A DNA stretch of 64,000 nt from Stegostoma tigrinum (lineage: Eukaryota): assembly GCF_030684315.1 (NCBI RefSeq), contig NC_081397.1:9114001-9178000 (forward strand), read 5' to 3'. The notes beneath the pieces were generated by a model. The model did not search any database and was not told where the DNA came from. It worked only from the letters and a program-made list of their open reading frames with translations. The position numbers were made by a program, and so were the translations under genes. This document shows, piece by piece, positions 1 through 13,774 of the stretch. How positions within the stretch are numbered: the first letter of the stretch is position 1; every line of letters begins with the position of its first letter.

Positions 1-200
1 CTCCCATTGTCTAAAGGTGTGCAGGTTCGGTGGATTGGTCATGCTAAATTGCTCATAGTGTCCAGGGGTGGGTAGATTAGGGAGATTAACCATGGGAAGT
101 GAACGGGTTCGAGGAGTGGGTCTGTGTGGGATGCTGTTCAGAGGGTTGCTATGCACTCAATGGGCTGAATGGCCTACTTCTCCAATGGAGGGATTCCACT
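1..200 (+). mobile_element. HE1/V-SINE-like SINE fragment (3' part)
   Basis: Contains 'gtgcaggttcggtggattggtcatgctaaattgc' and the tail 'tgggctgaatggcct'. Related copies at ~13586-13765 (+) and ~55530-55740 (-). Recognised by eye. Confidence 0.6.
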
Positions 201-454
201 GCTGTCGATGTTTGGCTCAATGGTGTGGGGCAAATTATACTGACCTGAACACCGCACTTTGATATGATTCATTTGCAATTTCTGAAATAATGGGGAGGCA
301 ATATCCTATTCTGTCAGATGGCTGGGATATACTGTGAGGACTTGAATTTAAATCTTGCTGTGGCATGCGGTGGATTTTGACTTCTACTTTGAACAAAACA
401 GATCTGGAGTTAAGACTCTAATGATGACCATGGTAAGAAGCAAAGAACAATCTG

Positions 455-720
455 GTTCACTAGTGAAGACTGACATGAGAAGTTATTTCTTCTCTCAGAG
501 AGATAAGAGACTTTGGAACTCCATGCTACAGGGAGCTGTGTGTATTTGTGGCAGCAGGGGGAAGGCAGATTTAAGGCTGAGATTGACAGATTCTTGATCA
601 ATTGGGGAATCAAAGGGAAGGGCAGGAAAGTGGACATGAGGAATGTTGGATCAGCCACAGTCCTATTGAATAGTGGAGCAGGATCGAGGGGCCGAATGGC
701 CTACTCCCATTTTTGTCTCT
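455..720 (+). mobile_element. CR1-type LINE 3' end fragment
   Basis: Degenerate ORF2 C-terminus ('FFSQR..RLWNS', 'FKAEIDRFL') followed by the 3' tail 'ggggccgaatggcctactcc'. Confidence 0.7.
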
Positions 721-1169
721 GATGGTTCTTATGGGAGCAAAATCTGCCATTCTCACCTGATCTGCTCTGCACGTGACTCCGAACCCTTTGCAAACTCCTC
801 ATTGCCTTCAGGCCGAGCACGTTGATCCATTGAAGGATATTTTGAGATTGGCATCCACTTGCCACATCCTGTTCAGAGTACAGAGAAATAACATTCGTCA
901 TAATCCGTTTCAACTTTGTTCCAACTGTGTGCTTTTCTAAGAGGAACTGGTCTGTGTAACAACCCCAGATGTTCACAGCTCATGCCATACACTCTCAGTG
1001 TCTTCCAGATAAAGTTTGTTATTCTCACCATCCACTCCCTCCATATCCCCACGTTCACCACCCACCCCCTCCGAATGTCCAGTTTGTAGACTCAACACTG
1101 AGATGATTGAAACAGTTTAATGTAGATCAGAGTGACATGATCTGCTTTGGGTGCAAAACCAGGAAACTG

Positions 1170-1800
1170 GGTTTTTATCCGCCGGATTGGGATGTCGGGG
1201 TGCTCCAAGACCTGGATGTACCTCATACACCAGTCACTGACAGTGAGCATTACAGGAGCAGCAGATGGTGAAGAAGGGAAATGGGATGTTGGCCTTCATA
1301 GTGAGAAGGTTCCAGTCCAGGAGCAAGGCTGTCTTGCTGCAATTGTACAGGGAGAGACCACTTCTGCTGTATTGCGTCTGCAGTCTGGGGTCTCCGTCTC
1401 TGTGGAAGGATGTACTGGCTATGGAGGGAGTGCAGCTGAAGTTTCCCAAACTGAATCCTGGGATGGCAGGTCTGATGGACAAGCAAAGACTAGATTGGTG
1501 AGGATTATATTCACTGGAGTTTAGAAGATTGAGGGTCGATCTCATAGAAACCTGTGAAACTTCAATGGGACTTAATAGGGGTAAACACAGATGTTGCTGA
1601 TGGCTGGAGTGGGGGCTGAGGGCACGTGAGTCCACACTCAGGGGGTCACAGTCTAAAGGAGATGGGGAAGGGCTGAGGGTGGGGAGAAATGTCTTCACCT
1701 AGAGGGTGGGGAGCCAATGGGATTCTCTGTCACAGAATGTAGTCGGGACCAGAGCAGTGAATGTTGTTCAATTAGTTGCATGGAGTTCTTAGGGGCAAAA
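1170..1800 (+). mobile_element. CR1 LINE ORF2 fragment (degenerate)
   Basis: ORF 1265-1501 'VKKGNGMLAFIVRRFQSRSKAVLLQLY' matches the CR1 ORF2 post-RT region. Confidence 0.7.
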
Positions 1801-2744
1801 TGTCTTGTACAGCCACATCATAACATCCCAACTCCTACATTCAGTGTTGGAACTGATGAAGGCAACTGTTCCAAACTTGCCGTCCGCTTTATGGAACTTT
1901 ATGGAACTATGGAACTTTATGGAACTATGTGCCTGCACCCCTCAATACCTCTGTTTGACAACACTCCGCAGGGCCCTACCATTAACCTGCCCTGGTTTGC
2001 CTCAGCAAAGATGCAACATCTCTATATTTGTCTAAATTAAACTCTACCTGCCAGTCCTCGGCCCATTGGCCCAGTTGATCAAGTTCCCGTTGTACTCTGA
2101 GATAACCACCTTCACTGTCCATGAGGCCACCGATTTTGCTCCTGCTCCTCATTTACTATGTTTCTGTATTGTCCTATTTTCAGGCTGAGCAAGCAGACCA
2201 GCAACCATCCTGCATCACATACACCACCCTGAGGCACACAGATATGCGAGGGGATGAGGAACCAGGTCAAGGTGAAGAGGGAAATGTTTCTGTCAATCTT
2301 CCACGGACATTGTGAGACAGCACAGAAGAATCCCTTCAATGCCTCACAAATTGATGGATAGTAATTGTTCCTTCCAGAAAATAAGGGGGAGAAGGAAGAG
2401 AGGACAGAGGAGCGTCAAGTTTCTGCAGCTGAGAAATGGCTAAGCTTTGTTCCCATTCACTCAGCCAGACATCAACTCCAAACATGAATTTGCCTTGAGA
2501 AGCCATCGGAATAACTGTCTCTCACATAACTCTGAGTGGGCCAATTTCTTCTGCTGTAACATGATCTGATCCATGATCGCAGGGGTTTGACATTTTGTGC
2601 TGTCCATTCCTAACTTGAATATCGATTTAATCTCCTGGTTAGTGGGTCAGGACAGATGACATAAAGAACTGAATCTGCTCTGCATTTATTTTATAATTGT
2701 GGTGAGCTGGAAATAATTCTAGGCAGGATTGTTCTCCAGCCCCA

Positions 2745-3590
2745 TCTACGTTACCCTCTAAACTTCATCATTTTCAAATATATATCCAGCTCTCTTTTCA
2801 TACCTCACATGGAATCCACCTTCACCACTCTCCCAGGCAGCGCATTCTAAATCCTAACAATGCTCCGAGTAAAGATGTTTCTCCTCATCTCACTCCTAGC
2901 TGTCTTGGTGACAATCTTGAAACTGTGACCCCTGGTTACTGACATAGTGTAAATAGAGTATTGAACTTCACTCTGTCAAAATTCTTCACAATTGTGAACA
3001 CCTCCATAAGGTTTCCTTTTATTCTTCTCTGCTCCAAGGGGAATAAGCCTGATTTCATTAATCTTTCCTTGTCAGTAAAATCCTGCTATCATTCTAGTAA
3101 TCTTCTTTGAACCCTCCCCAGAGGCTTCTTCCTTCAATAAGGTGTCCAGAACTGAACACAAATCTAGTCTGAGCAATGTGGTCTTAGCAATGATTTGTAG
3201 AGGCGTAGCATTACATCCTTCCTTTGAGACTCAATGCCTCTATTTTTAAACTCAAAGATCCTTTGAACCTGCTTCACAACTGTTTCAACTTGCCTGGCCA
3301 CCTTTAGAGAATAATGCACATGAACCCCAAGATCTCTCTGCTCCAATACTCCCCTCAAAGCTGTACCCTTAAGCTTGTATTGTTTCTCTGTGTCTTTATT
3401 CGCAAAATGCACGAGCTCATATTTTTCTGCATTGAAATTTATCTGCCAGGTCTCTGCCCATTTGGCCAACTTGTCAATGTCCCTGTGAAGTCATTCAGTA
3501 TCATCCGCACAATTCACTCTTCTCCCTGGCTTAGTATCACCTGCGCATTCAGAGATTTTATCCTCAATACCCAACTCCAAATCATTTCTA
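2745..3590 (-). mobile_element. CR1 LINE ORF2 fragment
   Basis: ORF 3164-3469 'KWAETWQINFNAEKYELVHF...QRDLGVHVHYSLKVARQV'. Confidence 0.8.
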
Positions 3591-4170
3591 TAATCAATAT
3601 ATTTATCTACATATACTTGTCAGTTTCTCATATGTAAATGTATGACTATATTTACCAGCCTGTATCTGTTAGTTTTTGCTCTGAGAATTGAGAGTGACAA
3701 CATTAATCTGTATCTGTCAGTTTCTGTTGTGTGAATATGAGTTCCCAGTCTATGCCTCTCCGTTTCTGCCTTGTCAGTGTGTAAATGTACTTATCGAAGT
3801 ACACCTGTCAGTTCCTGCTTGGTGAATGTGTGAGTGCTGTTCCCAACATGTACCTGTGAGATTCTGCTCTGTAAATAGGAGAGTCTAGTTAACAGACTAT
3901 ACTTGTCAGTTTATGCGCTGTGAAACTGGGAGTGTAGTTATCATTGTGTATGTCCGTTTTAGCTTTGAGAATGAGGGTGAAGTTATTCATCTCTCCCTGA
4001 CAGTTCCTGCAATGCGAATGCATGACTGACATTAGCAGAAACCAAGAGAGACTGATAACTACAGTCACACCTTTACATTGTAGTCAATGTGTTGTCATCA
4101 TTTGTGTGTTTCTGCAATATGAACAAGTGGGTGTAGTTATCAATCTGTACGTGTCAGTTTCTCCTCATGT
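3590..4170. repeat. Degenerate ~49-bp tandem repeat array
   Basis: Recurring unit approximately CTGTCAGTTTCTGCTCTGTGAATATGTGAGTGTAGTTATCAATCTGTAC. Confidence 0.75.
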
Positions 4171-6127
4171 ATCAAAATGGCTAAGTCTCTGAAGGCCAGT
4201 ATTATTCTCTGTGACTGTACAAATCACTCTGTGATAGTTATTGTTAGGGTGTTGAGGCTGGCTCTTAATCTCTTCTGCATTGTGTGATTTATGAGTTGAG
4301 TGTCAATCCGTGTGGTAGGTGAGGGGGGTGAGGAAGTTCAGGACATGGGGTGACAACAGGAGGGGAACTGCTTTATTCTGAGAACCATTCTGACAAATGG
4401 TCACATATTTCCTATTTGGTCAGACAGCCTGAGATCTGTGGTACCACTGATTAAACTGTTTGTTTCTCACCAAAATCAGAATCACAGATATGGTACAGCA
4501 TAGGAGCAGACCATTCAGCCCACTGTCTCTGTACTGGGAATTTTTTATGCAGCAGTTCCGCAGTAATTGTTAGGAATGTGAACTTCATCTACTCATTGTC
4601 AGCGTCTATTTGTAAAGGCCAATATGACATAAGTTCTGTGGGTATCTGGCTTTTCATAACGATCGTGGCAGTTTTGATGTGTTTCCCACAGTCTCAGGGA
4701 GAGTACATGGATCTCATTCTCGTATGTTCAGTTGTGGTTTGTGTCGGAGTAGTAAACTCTGTCAAACTCTTTTCAATTGCACTCAACTGCATTGCATTTC
4801 AGTCTCAGTTTGTTTTTACATTGTGCATGAGGTTGAGTGTGCAGTAGAATCTATCTGTCACTACTGGGCACTGTAATAGTCCAATATCCTCAGGTGTAAT
4901 CAGAGATTTTGAGAGTCAGTTCATATCTGGAAATTACTGAGAGGCCGTACTTCATTCTTTTCCTTTTAGCATCCACTGGCTGTGTGTGAGTGAGTTTTCC
5001 CTCGTGCTGCCAGTCTGTATCTCAGTTCCCGTCTCCTGTCGTGAATGGGAAACCACCGAAGATCTTTAATTGTTGGTGCCTGTGGGAATCATGTGCAAGT
5101 GAAAGGCAACACACTGCTACAGAAGGGACTCTGTGCTGTTCCTCAGATTCAAGACTGGAAACACAATGGGCCTTTGTAACTTGTATAGTGTAGAGTTGAA
5201 CGGGGATTAATGATGTAAAGTATTGACTGTCAGAATAACATCCGTTTCTTTTTCAGTGTGTAGTGATATGCTTTTCTGAGTAACGCTAAAGTAGCAATCA
5301 GTGTAAACTGTGAAAGCCAATGGCAGTGAACAATTCAACTGCATTGCAGCTGCCTGACCACACAGTGTCGCTTGGACAGAAAAGACAAACAGGGAACTTA
5401 TTCCCTGATGTAGACAGGACATGACCCTGCTCTGTGCTGTGATGGTGGAAGCAATTACTGGTACTCTTGTGTTGTTCTATGGGAGGGAAGTGGAAAGGAA
5501 AAGGAAGTTTATTTTCTGTCTTGCAGTGCAGCAGATTTAAAGTGTGAAACTCAATTTATTGAACAATCAACACTGTTCAACTCTGCTTTGAAACAAAATG
5601 AGTGTTTCACAAACTTACCAAGCAAACCAATTTTGTCTATTTTTATTTTGTGCACTGCTTTGAAAGGTAACCACTTGATTAAACTGATTTATTGTGAAAA
5701 TTGTATTCAGATATCTTGGTATTTCTCTGCAATACATTCTCGGGAGGGCCAGGAGGAATGTCAGGCTCTTTACAGAAAATTGAGATTAATTTTGAAAGAG
5801 GTACTCGAGGTTTCTTGCTGGACTGAAAAAGACAAAGCAAATTCTAATCCTGAAAGGTGAAGAAAAGGAGAATGATGTTGCGATAAAGGTGGGGATGGCA
5901 GCTTCTCTGCTGCTATCATACATTTATGTGAATGAAATGTTGAATGAATGGGATGAGAATTCTCGGTGCAGACTCAATAATGTGAAGGACTGCAGGCCTC
6001 TCTGACAATGGCTCTGTGAATAGAAATCATTCCAGATGTGACAGTTTCTGTTGCTTGCAATGTATACGGTATTGCATGGCTATTATATGTTGGAACGTGT
6101 GTTGGAATGGTATATATATTTGATAGT

Positions 6128-6160
6128 GAGAGAGAGAGAGAGGGAGAGAGAGAGAGAGGA
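6128..6160. repeat. (GA)n microsatellite
   Basis: Direct reading. Confidence 0.85.
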
Positions 6161-6640
6161 GGGTGCAAGAGAGGGAGTGAGAGTGTATATTAACAATTCT
6201 CTCGTTGTCAGTCTTTTTGTGACTATTGTGACAAATATTCAGTAAAATAATAATTCTGTCTGCCTGTTACTGCTAACTGAAATGTTTGCTTCAATATCTG
6301 TACTCCATATCTACTTCCCATGTGGTTGGTCAAACTAACAGTATCATCTATTTGTTCACTTCCCTGTAACACTGAAAGTACCCTTCCTAAATGCAGATTT
6401 CATGCTGTTCCTGTGTAGGTATTTTGGATGAGGATTCAGTCTGTCATTCCTCCAAAGTGAAATTGTTTAGAACTGGGTGGCTGGAAGTGACAGTACAGAT
6501 AAAAGAGATACACTGGTATTTCCTCAATGGTGTTTGACTCTTGGTTAGAACACATCTCTCTGGAAATTGCATTCAATGTGTGAGATTGAATCTGCTATCA
6601 CTGTGGCTAGGATATTCTATGCTCTGACAGTGTAACATAC

Positions 6641-6722
6641 CTGGTGGTTGTTGTAAGATGCTGGTCACAATTGGCTTTGTACTGAGGAAACACTAAATTG
6701 TCCTGGTCCTTCAAGTATTGGC
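6641..6722 (-). pseudogene. Repeated 82-nt exon-like segment (module A, exon 3)
   Basis: Donor CAG|GTATGT intact; acceptor AG mutated. Open frame QYLKDQDNLVFPQYKANCDQHLTTTT. Homologous to 6 other copies. Confidence 0.5.
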
Positions 6723-7394
6723 CGGGAGGAAGAAGGAATACCTCCTGTAAACTAACATCAGTTGAGATTGATCACATTGATATTGCCAATGTAACATTCA
6801 GTTAATTATTCATTAGGATTGTTTGTTTCGAGCTACTTATTTGAACAGAACCACGGTCTGATTCTACTCCTAGCCTGAGCTGCTCCTTGTCTATTTTTTT
6901 TTCTTAAAATTCGAATACCCGGTTGAGTGAGATCCAAAAGCTAACCAACACTGATACAGCTGCATGAGTGGGAGTACATACTGCAAGTGGGTATATGGAT
7001 ATGTGAGTTTCGTTATCCATCTATATCTGTCAGCTCCCACTTGTTGAATGCGTGAGTGTCGTTACAAATATGTACCTGTCAGTATATGCTCTGTTAATTT
7101 TTTTAAATAAATTCAAATGTAGCGAGAGACAGTGAAATGCTCTGTTTACGAGCAGTACAGGCCGATCACAGTCAGCAAGGATGTACAGAACAAAACAACT
7201 TAGACAGGCATGCAGGTTACATTTCACAGGGTGCGCACTCGGAGAGATCAACATTGGCAAGATCATCATTATTTGAGGCTAAAGAGTCCATTCATCAATT
7301 TAATAATGAACAGGAAGAAGCTGCCCCTGAACCTGTTCGGGCTTCTGTATCTTCTGCCTGATTCAAGAGGTTGTAGGAGATTATTCATCCCTGG

Positions 7395-7860
7395 AACATC
7401 TATACAACAAAACCACCTACATCAGACTCCTGCTCATTGAACGCGGAGCTGTAGTCAACACTGTTATCCTGTGCAGACTGATCTCAAAACTCTGTGACCT
7501 TGGTCTCGGCTCCACCCACTGCAACTGGATCCTCAAATTTCTAACCCATAGACTGCAATCAGTGAAGACAGACAACTGCATCTCCTCTACAATAACACAC
7601 AACACTGGAGGCCACCCGCCAAGGATGCAACCTCAGGCCCCTACTGTACACCCAACACTGTGGGGCCAATTTCCAAATGAACACCATCTACAAGTTTGCT
7701 GATGACACCATCATAGTGGGACACATATGGAACAACCAGGAGTCAAAACCCAGAAGGGAGATAGAGGGCTTGATGACATGGTGCAGTGAAGGCGACCTCT
7801 CTCTCAATGTTGGAAAAACTAAAGAACTGACCATTGGCTTCAGAAAGAATGGGGGAGCAC
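7395..7860 (+). mobile_element. Rex1/Babar-like LINE RT fragment
   Basis: 'IYKFADDTIIVG...RREIEGLMTWC....LSLNVGKTKEL'. Confidence 0.75.
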
Positions 7861-7944
7861 CACCATCACCGCCGCCCTGCCCCGCATCCCCCTGCCCCAC
7901 TCCCCCACCCCCATCCCGCCCCCACCCCACCCCCTGCCCCACCC

Positions 7945-9060
7945 TCGCTTCCCACAGAATCCTTGGATAAATCCCATCAGGCCCAGGGGAATTATCTATC
8001 TTCACCTTCCTCAAAGTTCCTGGCACATCTTCCTTCCTAATATTGGAAGGCTGGAAGAGGTCAGACTGTTTCATACTGTTAAAAAAAATCCTTAAGAATC
8101 CTCCGATCCTTCAGCCACTTCACTTCAATCAATGACCTCTGATTTTTGAACAGTTTCTCCAAGGGAAACAGGTTCCTCCTGTCTATTCTGTCTCTTCTTT
8201 TCACAGTTTCGTTTTCTTCAATCATGACACCCCTCAGCCTCCTCTATTCCAAGCAATATAACTCCACCCTCTGCAATCTCTCCTCGGAGCTACAATCTCC
8301 AGCCCTGGCAACGTTCTGGTAAATCTCCTCTGCATTCCCTCCACAGCAATTACATCCTTCCTGTAATATGGTGACCAGAACTGCACACAATACTCCAGTT
8401 GCAGCCTCACCATTTCCGTACACAGTTTCACAGTTATATCCCTACGTTTGTATTCCATACCACTGTCAATGAAGGGGAACATTGTACATGCCTTGTTTAT
8501 AATTCTAAATGCCCGTACTGCTACCTTTAGGGACCTGTGCGCCTGCACACCAGATCTCTCACTTCATCTACCGTTCTCAATATACTCTCAATTATTTTCG
8601 ATTCCATTTACTGTTTGAGCTTCCAAAGTGCATTATCTTGCACTTATCAGAGCTGAACTCCATCTGCCACTTTCCTGCCAACTCCACTAAACTATCTGTA
8701 CCATTTTGCATCTTACAATTATCCTCTACACTACCCACTACATGGCCAAGTTTGTGTTGTCTGCAAACTTCTCAAATAAGCCCACCACATTCAAGTCCAA
8801 ATCATCAACGCAGAAAACAAACGGCAGGGGTTCCAACACTGAGCCATGCTGAGCACCACTTGAAACAGCTTTCTATTCACAAAGGCAGCAATCAACCACT
8901 ACATTTTGTTTCCTGTTACTGAGCCATCTTTGGACACAATTCAACATACTGCCCTGTATCCCAGAGGCTCTTACTTTTTGGACCAGTCTACCATGTGGCA
9001 CTTTGTCAAATACCTTACTAAAATCCATACAGATGGCATCCGATGCACTTCCCTCACACA
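7945..9060 (-). mobile_element. CR1 LINE ORF2 fragments
   Basis: 'DNSPGPDGIYPRILWEAR', 'LEYCVQFWSPYYRKD', 'MDFSKVFDKVPHGRL'. Confidence 0.8.
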
Positions 9061-10720
9061 TTCACATCACAGAAACTGACAACTATAGACTGATAACTAA
9101 ACTGATATATCCACATTGTAGAAACTGACAGAGACTGACTGATAAATATGTTTACATATTCACACAGAAGTAGTTAGTCACTGCCTATTTCTGCGATACA
9201 AGTATGAGCTTATTATCAATCTGTTTATATTAGTTTCTGCCATGTGAATGTTTGAGTGCAGTTATCAGTTATCTGTCAGTTTGTGCACTGTGCATATGAG
9301 AGTGCAGTAATTAATCTCTAGCTGTAAGCATCTGCTACTTCAAAACATGAGTATAATTATCAATCCTTACCTGTTAGGTCCTGATATGTGAATGCATGAG
9401 TGCTGTGATCAATCTGTTCTTGTCCTTGTGCTCTGTGAAATGTAGTTTTAAAATTTGTCCCTGTCAGTCTGATATGTGAATGCATGAGTGTATTTACCAC
9501 TCTGTACCTGCCGGTTTCAGGTCTGGGAATATATAAATATAGTTGTCAATTTTTATCTGTCAGTTAATTCTTTGTCAATATGTGAATGATGTTAGCTGGA
9601 ACTAACTGATAGCAAGTGATATGTTAATATGTGAGTGCAGTTCTGGATCTGTACCAATCAGGTTCTGCTCTTTGAATATGATTTCAGTTATCAATTTATG
9701 CCTGTCAGTTTCTGCTCTGTCAATCTTGGAATATAGATATCAATACATAATTGGCAAACTCTGTTCTGTGAAAATTAATTTAGTTATTCAAACGTACTGT
9801 TCAGATGATGCCAAATGAGCCTGGGCATGATATTTTTATTCTGTCCATGTCAGTTTCTGCTATGTGCATATGTCAATGTCATTATTATTCTGCACCTGTC
9901 AGTTTCTGGTTTGTGAATGTGAGGATTTAGTTATTAATCTCTACCTGTCAGTTTCAGCTAAAAGAATGAGAGTTTCACTGCTGATTTCTGCCTGTCAGTT
10001 TCTGCTCTGTCTATGTGAGTTTAACAATCAGTCTATTCCTCTCAGACTGCTGTGTGAATATGTTTGTGTAGTTATCAATCTGTACACTTTCAGCCTCTGC
10101 TTTGTGAATATGTTTGTGTAATTCTCAGTCTATCACTTGCAGTTTCTGTTATGTCAATATATGAGTTTAGTTATCAGTGAATACCTGTCAGTTTCTTCTG
10201 TGTGAATATGTACATGTCATTGTCAATCAGTACCTACGGCAGCAGATGAGTGTAGTTATTGCTCTATGCCTGTCAGTTTCTGCTCTGTGCATCGGTGAGT
10301 GAAGTTACCAATCTGTCCCCGTCAGTTATTTGAAACCAAGACTATTACAAACAATCATTCTGCTTTGGGAATGTGTGATTTTACCCATCAATTTCCACCT
10401 ATGAGTTTCTGGCTTTGAATAGGCAAATGCATTTATCAATGTGTACCAGTCAGTTTTTATTCTGTGAATTTGTGTCTAACAACATTATTCTTGCTGTCAG
10501 TATCTGCAACATAAATGTGAGGCTGCATTTCCCCATCTCTCCAGTCAGTTTCTGCTGTGTGAATGGCCAAGTCAAATTATCAGTCCATGTCCGTTCCTGT
10601 TATTTGAATGTGAATATGTGATTCATCATCAATTTTCTTTTGTGTGTTTCTGGAATGTGAATGAGTCAGTGTAGGTATCAATCTGTATCTGTCAGTTTCT
10701 ACTGTTGTGTATCAATGTGC
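9060..10720. repeat. Degenerate ~49-bp tandem repeat array (largest; first ~110 bp inverted)
   Basis: CTGTCAG-like anchors at 9847, 9896, 9945, 9992, 10039, 10087 (period 47-49 bp). Confidence 0.85.
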
Positions 10721-11844
10721 CTTGATTCTCTTGCAGCCAGTAATATTCTCTGTGACTATGCAACATATTCTGACATAGCTAATAAGACATTGAGGCTGGG
10801 TATTAATCTCTTCGGCATTTTGAGACTTCTGAGTTCGTTATCAGTTGGCAGGATCTAGGAGGGGTCATATAAATGGGACTGGTTTCCTATGAGAACCATT
10901 CTGAATCAACAACACAATTTACAGTTTATGTGCTGAGTATGGGTTTTATATACCGATCGTATCAGATGCTGATTCTCTGTCTCAGTACGGGATTTGTTTT
11001 TTCAGGTTTCCGTAGATTCATTTTTTTTGTATTGGGCATTGTTCGTGCTCTTTCTTAAAGATTTTGTTTTGCACCTCTCTGTCTATTTCTATGTTATATT
11101 TTTAAACTAATACTCTATACAACAGAATATCATTTACGTCATTACCAGGATCAAAATCAAGATGAGGTGCAGCGTGGAAGCAGACCATTCAGCCCACTGT
11201 GCTTGCACTGGGACATTCTATTCTGCATACTAGTTTCCACTAATTGTTGGAATTGTGAACTTCTTCCACTCACTGCCAGTGTCTGTTAGTGCCAATTTGA
11301 CATTAGTTCTCCAGTTATCAGCATTTGAATAGCTGCAGTGCTAGCTTCATGATGTCTGCAACCATCTCAGGTACAGTAGATATTCACTGACTCTGTACGA
11401 TTAATATTAATATTACACTGGGATTAATATTACACTGACATTTGTCCGTACCATGAGGACTAACATGATTGTGCTGTAGGGAAGGTCGAGATGAACATCA
11501 AGCCCTTTGTCGAAAATTGAAACAAAAAATTGAAAGAGATACACAATGTTAAAAAAGAAATATTTACTCCTGTAAGGTGAAGAAATGATAAGGGTGAGGA
11601 TAGCAGTTCCTCTTCAGCCTCCATACATTCATGGAAATAGAATGCTGGCTGATTGGGATTTTAAAAGTTGTTCACCATTTTAAAAAAATGGTGTGGATGC
11701 AACGGGCTGATGGGCCTTTCTCTTGTGCTGTAGAGTTCTGTAACTTGAGGGTGTTAGTGGAGATCATTTTGAGTCTATCATTTTCTATGATTTGCAGTGA
11801 ACACAAAACAATTTAGTTGTTCCACATTGACTGACTGAAGGTCT

Positions 11845-11854
<10 letters not shown>

Positions 11855-11916
<62 letters not shown>
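11855..11916. repeat. (GT)31 microsatellite followed by (GA)n
   Basis: Direct reading. Confidence 0.95.
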
Positions 11917-11927
<11 letters not shown>

Positions 11928-12238
11928 TGAGAGGAGGAGAGAATTATTCATCAAAGGATTAATTCTGTCCTTCTCAGTCACTGATAAACTTCATATAAAC
12001 ATGTTTCATCCACTTTAGTAACTCTTGGTGCACAGGTTCTTCCCATTTCTGGACTTAACATCTCACTGAGGTATGACTTTGAAACTATGTTACAGCATGA
12101 TCTATTGTTTGTCTTGATTGTAACTTTGAAAATGCCCTTATTCAATGCAGATTTAATGCTGTTCCTGAGTGTCTATTTCGGATGACCAATCAGTCTATCC
12201 ATCTTCAAAACTTGTGTCAACGTCAATGGGCTACATAC

Positions 12239-12320
12239 CTGCTGATTGTTAGCAGTAACTGGTCAGACTTGGCTTTGCACCGAGGAAATAGAACATCATC
12301 CTGGTCCTTCAAGTATTTGC
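12239..12320 (-). other. Repeated 82-nt exon-like segment (module B, exon 3)
   Basis: Acceptor ttcctccag| and donor CAG|GTATGT both intact. Open frame KYLKDQDDVLFPRCKAKSDQLLLTIS. Confidence 0.55.
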
Positions 12321-12814
12321 CTGGAGGAAGTCAACATACAGAAAGTCTGACCGTATTGAAGTAATCAACATAACATTAAGTTCATAATCATTGGGACGTG
12401 TGTTTGTTTTTAAAAGAAGAAAACTAACAAATTGAACAGAACCAGAGGCTTTGTTCTCTGTTCTCCAGATCTGCTCCTTTTCTGGGGATTCTCATTGTAC
12501 TTTTTTTCCTGAAATAATTCGAAATCACATGAGTGAGGTCCAGAAACTGAGCAACAACTGTACTTTCATAAATGGGGCTATCCGAAGGAGCAGGCATGCA
12601 TACATACACAGTTCAATATCCGGCTCCCAACACACTATCTGTGAAAAGGAAGAACAAAGGGCGCTATTTTAAATATTTCAGGTGAGAAATTTAACCTAGG
12701 GACTCAATTAACTGTCCTTTTCAGGGTTATAACATGCCTCTAGTCTGTGTTTCCACTGTTCACGGCACTATGTCCAAAAACAGCGCGAAATTGAAGCCGA
12801 ACAATGAATTTCCA

Positions 12815-12912
12815 GAGATAATGGGAACTGCAGATGCTGGAGATTCCAAGATAATAAAATGTGAGGCTGGATGAACACAGCAGGCCAAGCAGCATCTCAG
12901 GAGCACAAAAGC
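12815..12912 (-). mobile_element. Short PLE terminal fragment inserted in module B
   Basis: Matches PLE end 15152-15250. Flanked by TTTCCA (12809-12814 and 12913-12918). Absent from the paralogs at 39.3 and 44.3 kb. Confidence 0.75.
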
Positions 12913-13320
12913 TTTCCATCAGTGTTTAGAAGACTAAAAGCTACAAGCCTGACCCCCAGCAGCAGCTTCTTGCCGCTGTGTCTCCCTCAACAGGCCCACA
13001 CACAGCCCGAGAAAAGCCTCTCTCTCCCCGCCCACAGGCCGCTCACTCCAAGTTCCGGGACCAGTTCCTGCTCCGCTCCGCCTCTTACCAACAGCCCACG
13101 GTTCTCCCTGAACTGAACCCGAATCAATGCCGGTCTCGGAGCCCCCTCTGTGCCCCAGACTCACATCTCGATGCGCTGCTGGAAGGAGCCTGCTGTTCCC
13201 TCGCTTCCCTGGGCGCTGGTCTCTCCATTGCGGCCTGTTTCAAACTAACCTCTTCCACTCACTGACTCAATGCCCCACAATGGCAGCGCTGGGAGAGGGC
13301 CTCACGCATGCGCTCCTCTG
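12913..13320 (-). promoter_or_regulatory. CpG-rich promoter/first-exon module (copy B)
   Basis: NRF1-type CACGCATGCGC 13303-13313, TGACTCA 13263-13269, Kozak gccgcaATGg (ATG at 13228), donor GAT|GTGAGT after 13165. Confidence 0.55.
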
Positions 13321-13585
13321 GGTTGTGTGTGACAAAGGGAAATGCAGGCTTGCGGGGAAATGGCGGTGCGATGGGTCTGGGAGGGGATGCTGTTCAGTGG
13401 GTCGGTGTGGAATTTTAGTTGGGCTGAAGTGTCTGTTTCCACACTGTAGGGATTCTATGATGATTCTATGAAGCGTGCTGTAGATTAGGCGCATAATTAC
13501 GAACTATATGCCAATGTTTTGTTCTGCTCATGTCACCTCCCTTACTGTTTTCATATAGAAAAAAAGTTAGAGCATCATTTTGAAT

Positions 13586-13765
13586 GCTTCCTCCCGCAGT
13601 CCAAAGGTGTGAAAGCTATGCTATTGGCTATGCTAAATTGCCCGTGGTGCCCAGAGATGTTTGGGTTCTGTGGGTCAGACATGAGAAGTAAAGGGTAGGG
13701 GAATAGGTCTGGGTCGGGTGCTGAGGACTTGTTGGGCCAAATGGCCTGGAGCGGTTCTATGTATG
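13586..13765 (+). mobile_element. HE1/V-SINE-like SINE fragment
   Basis: 'cctcccgcagtccaaaggtgtg...ctatgctaaattgccc...ttgggccaaatggcct'. Confidence 0.6.
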
Positions 13766-13774
13766 GCAGCATCT

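Noticed and set aside
1891-1926. (ATGGAACTTTATGGAACT)x2
   Set aside because: Small slippage duplication inside a CR1 remnant.
9060-10720. Regularly spaced ~49-bp motifs as a CRISPR array
   Set aside because: The whole unit is degenerate-homologous, there are no unique spacers or cas genes, and the context is eukaryotic.
12871-13471. Unspliced ORFs shared by the three CpG blocks (e.g. MPVSEPPLCPRLTSRC...)
   Set aside because: Shared only because the DNA is near-identical and their ends differ between copies. The Kozak and splice-donor signals support the opposite strand.
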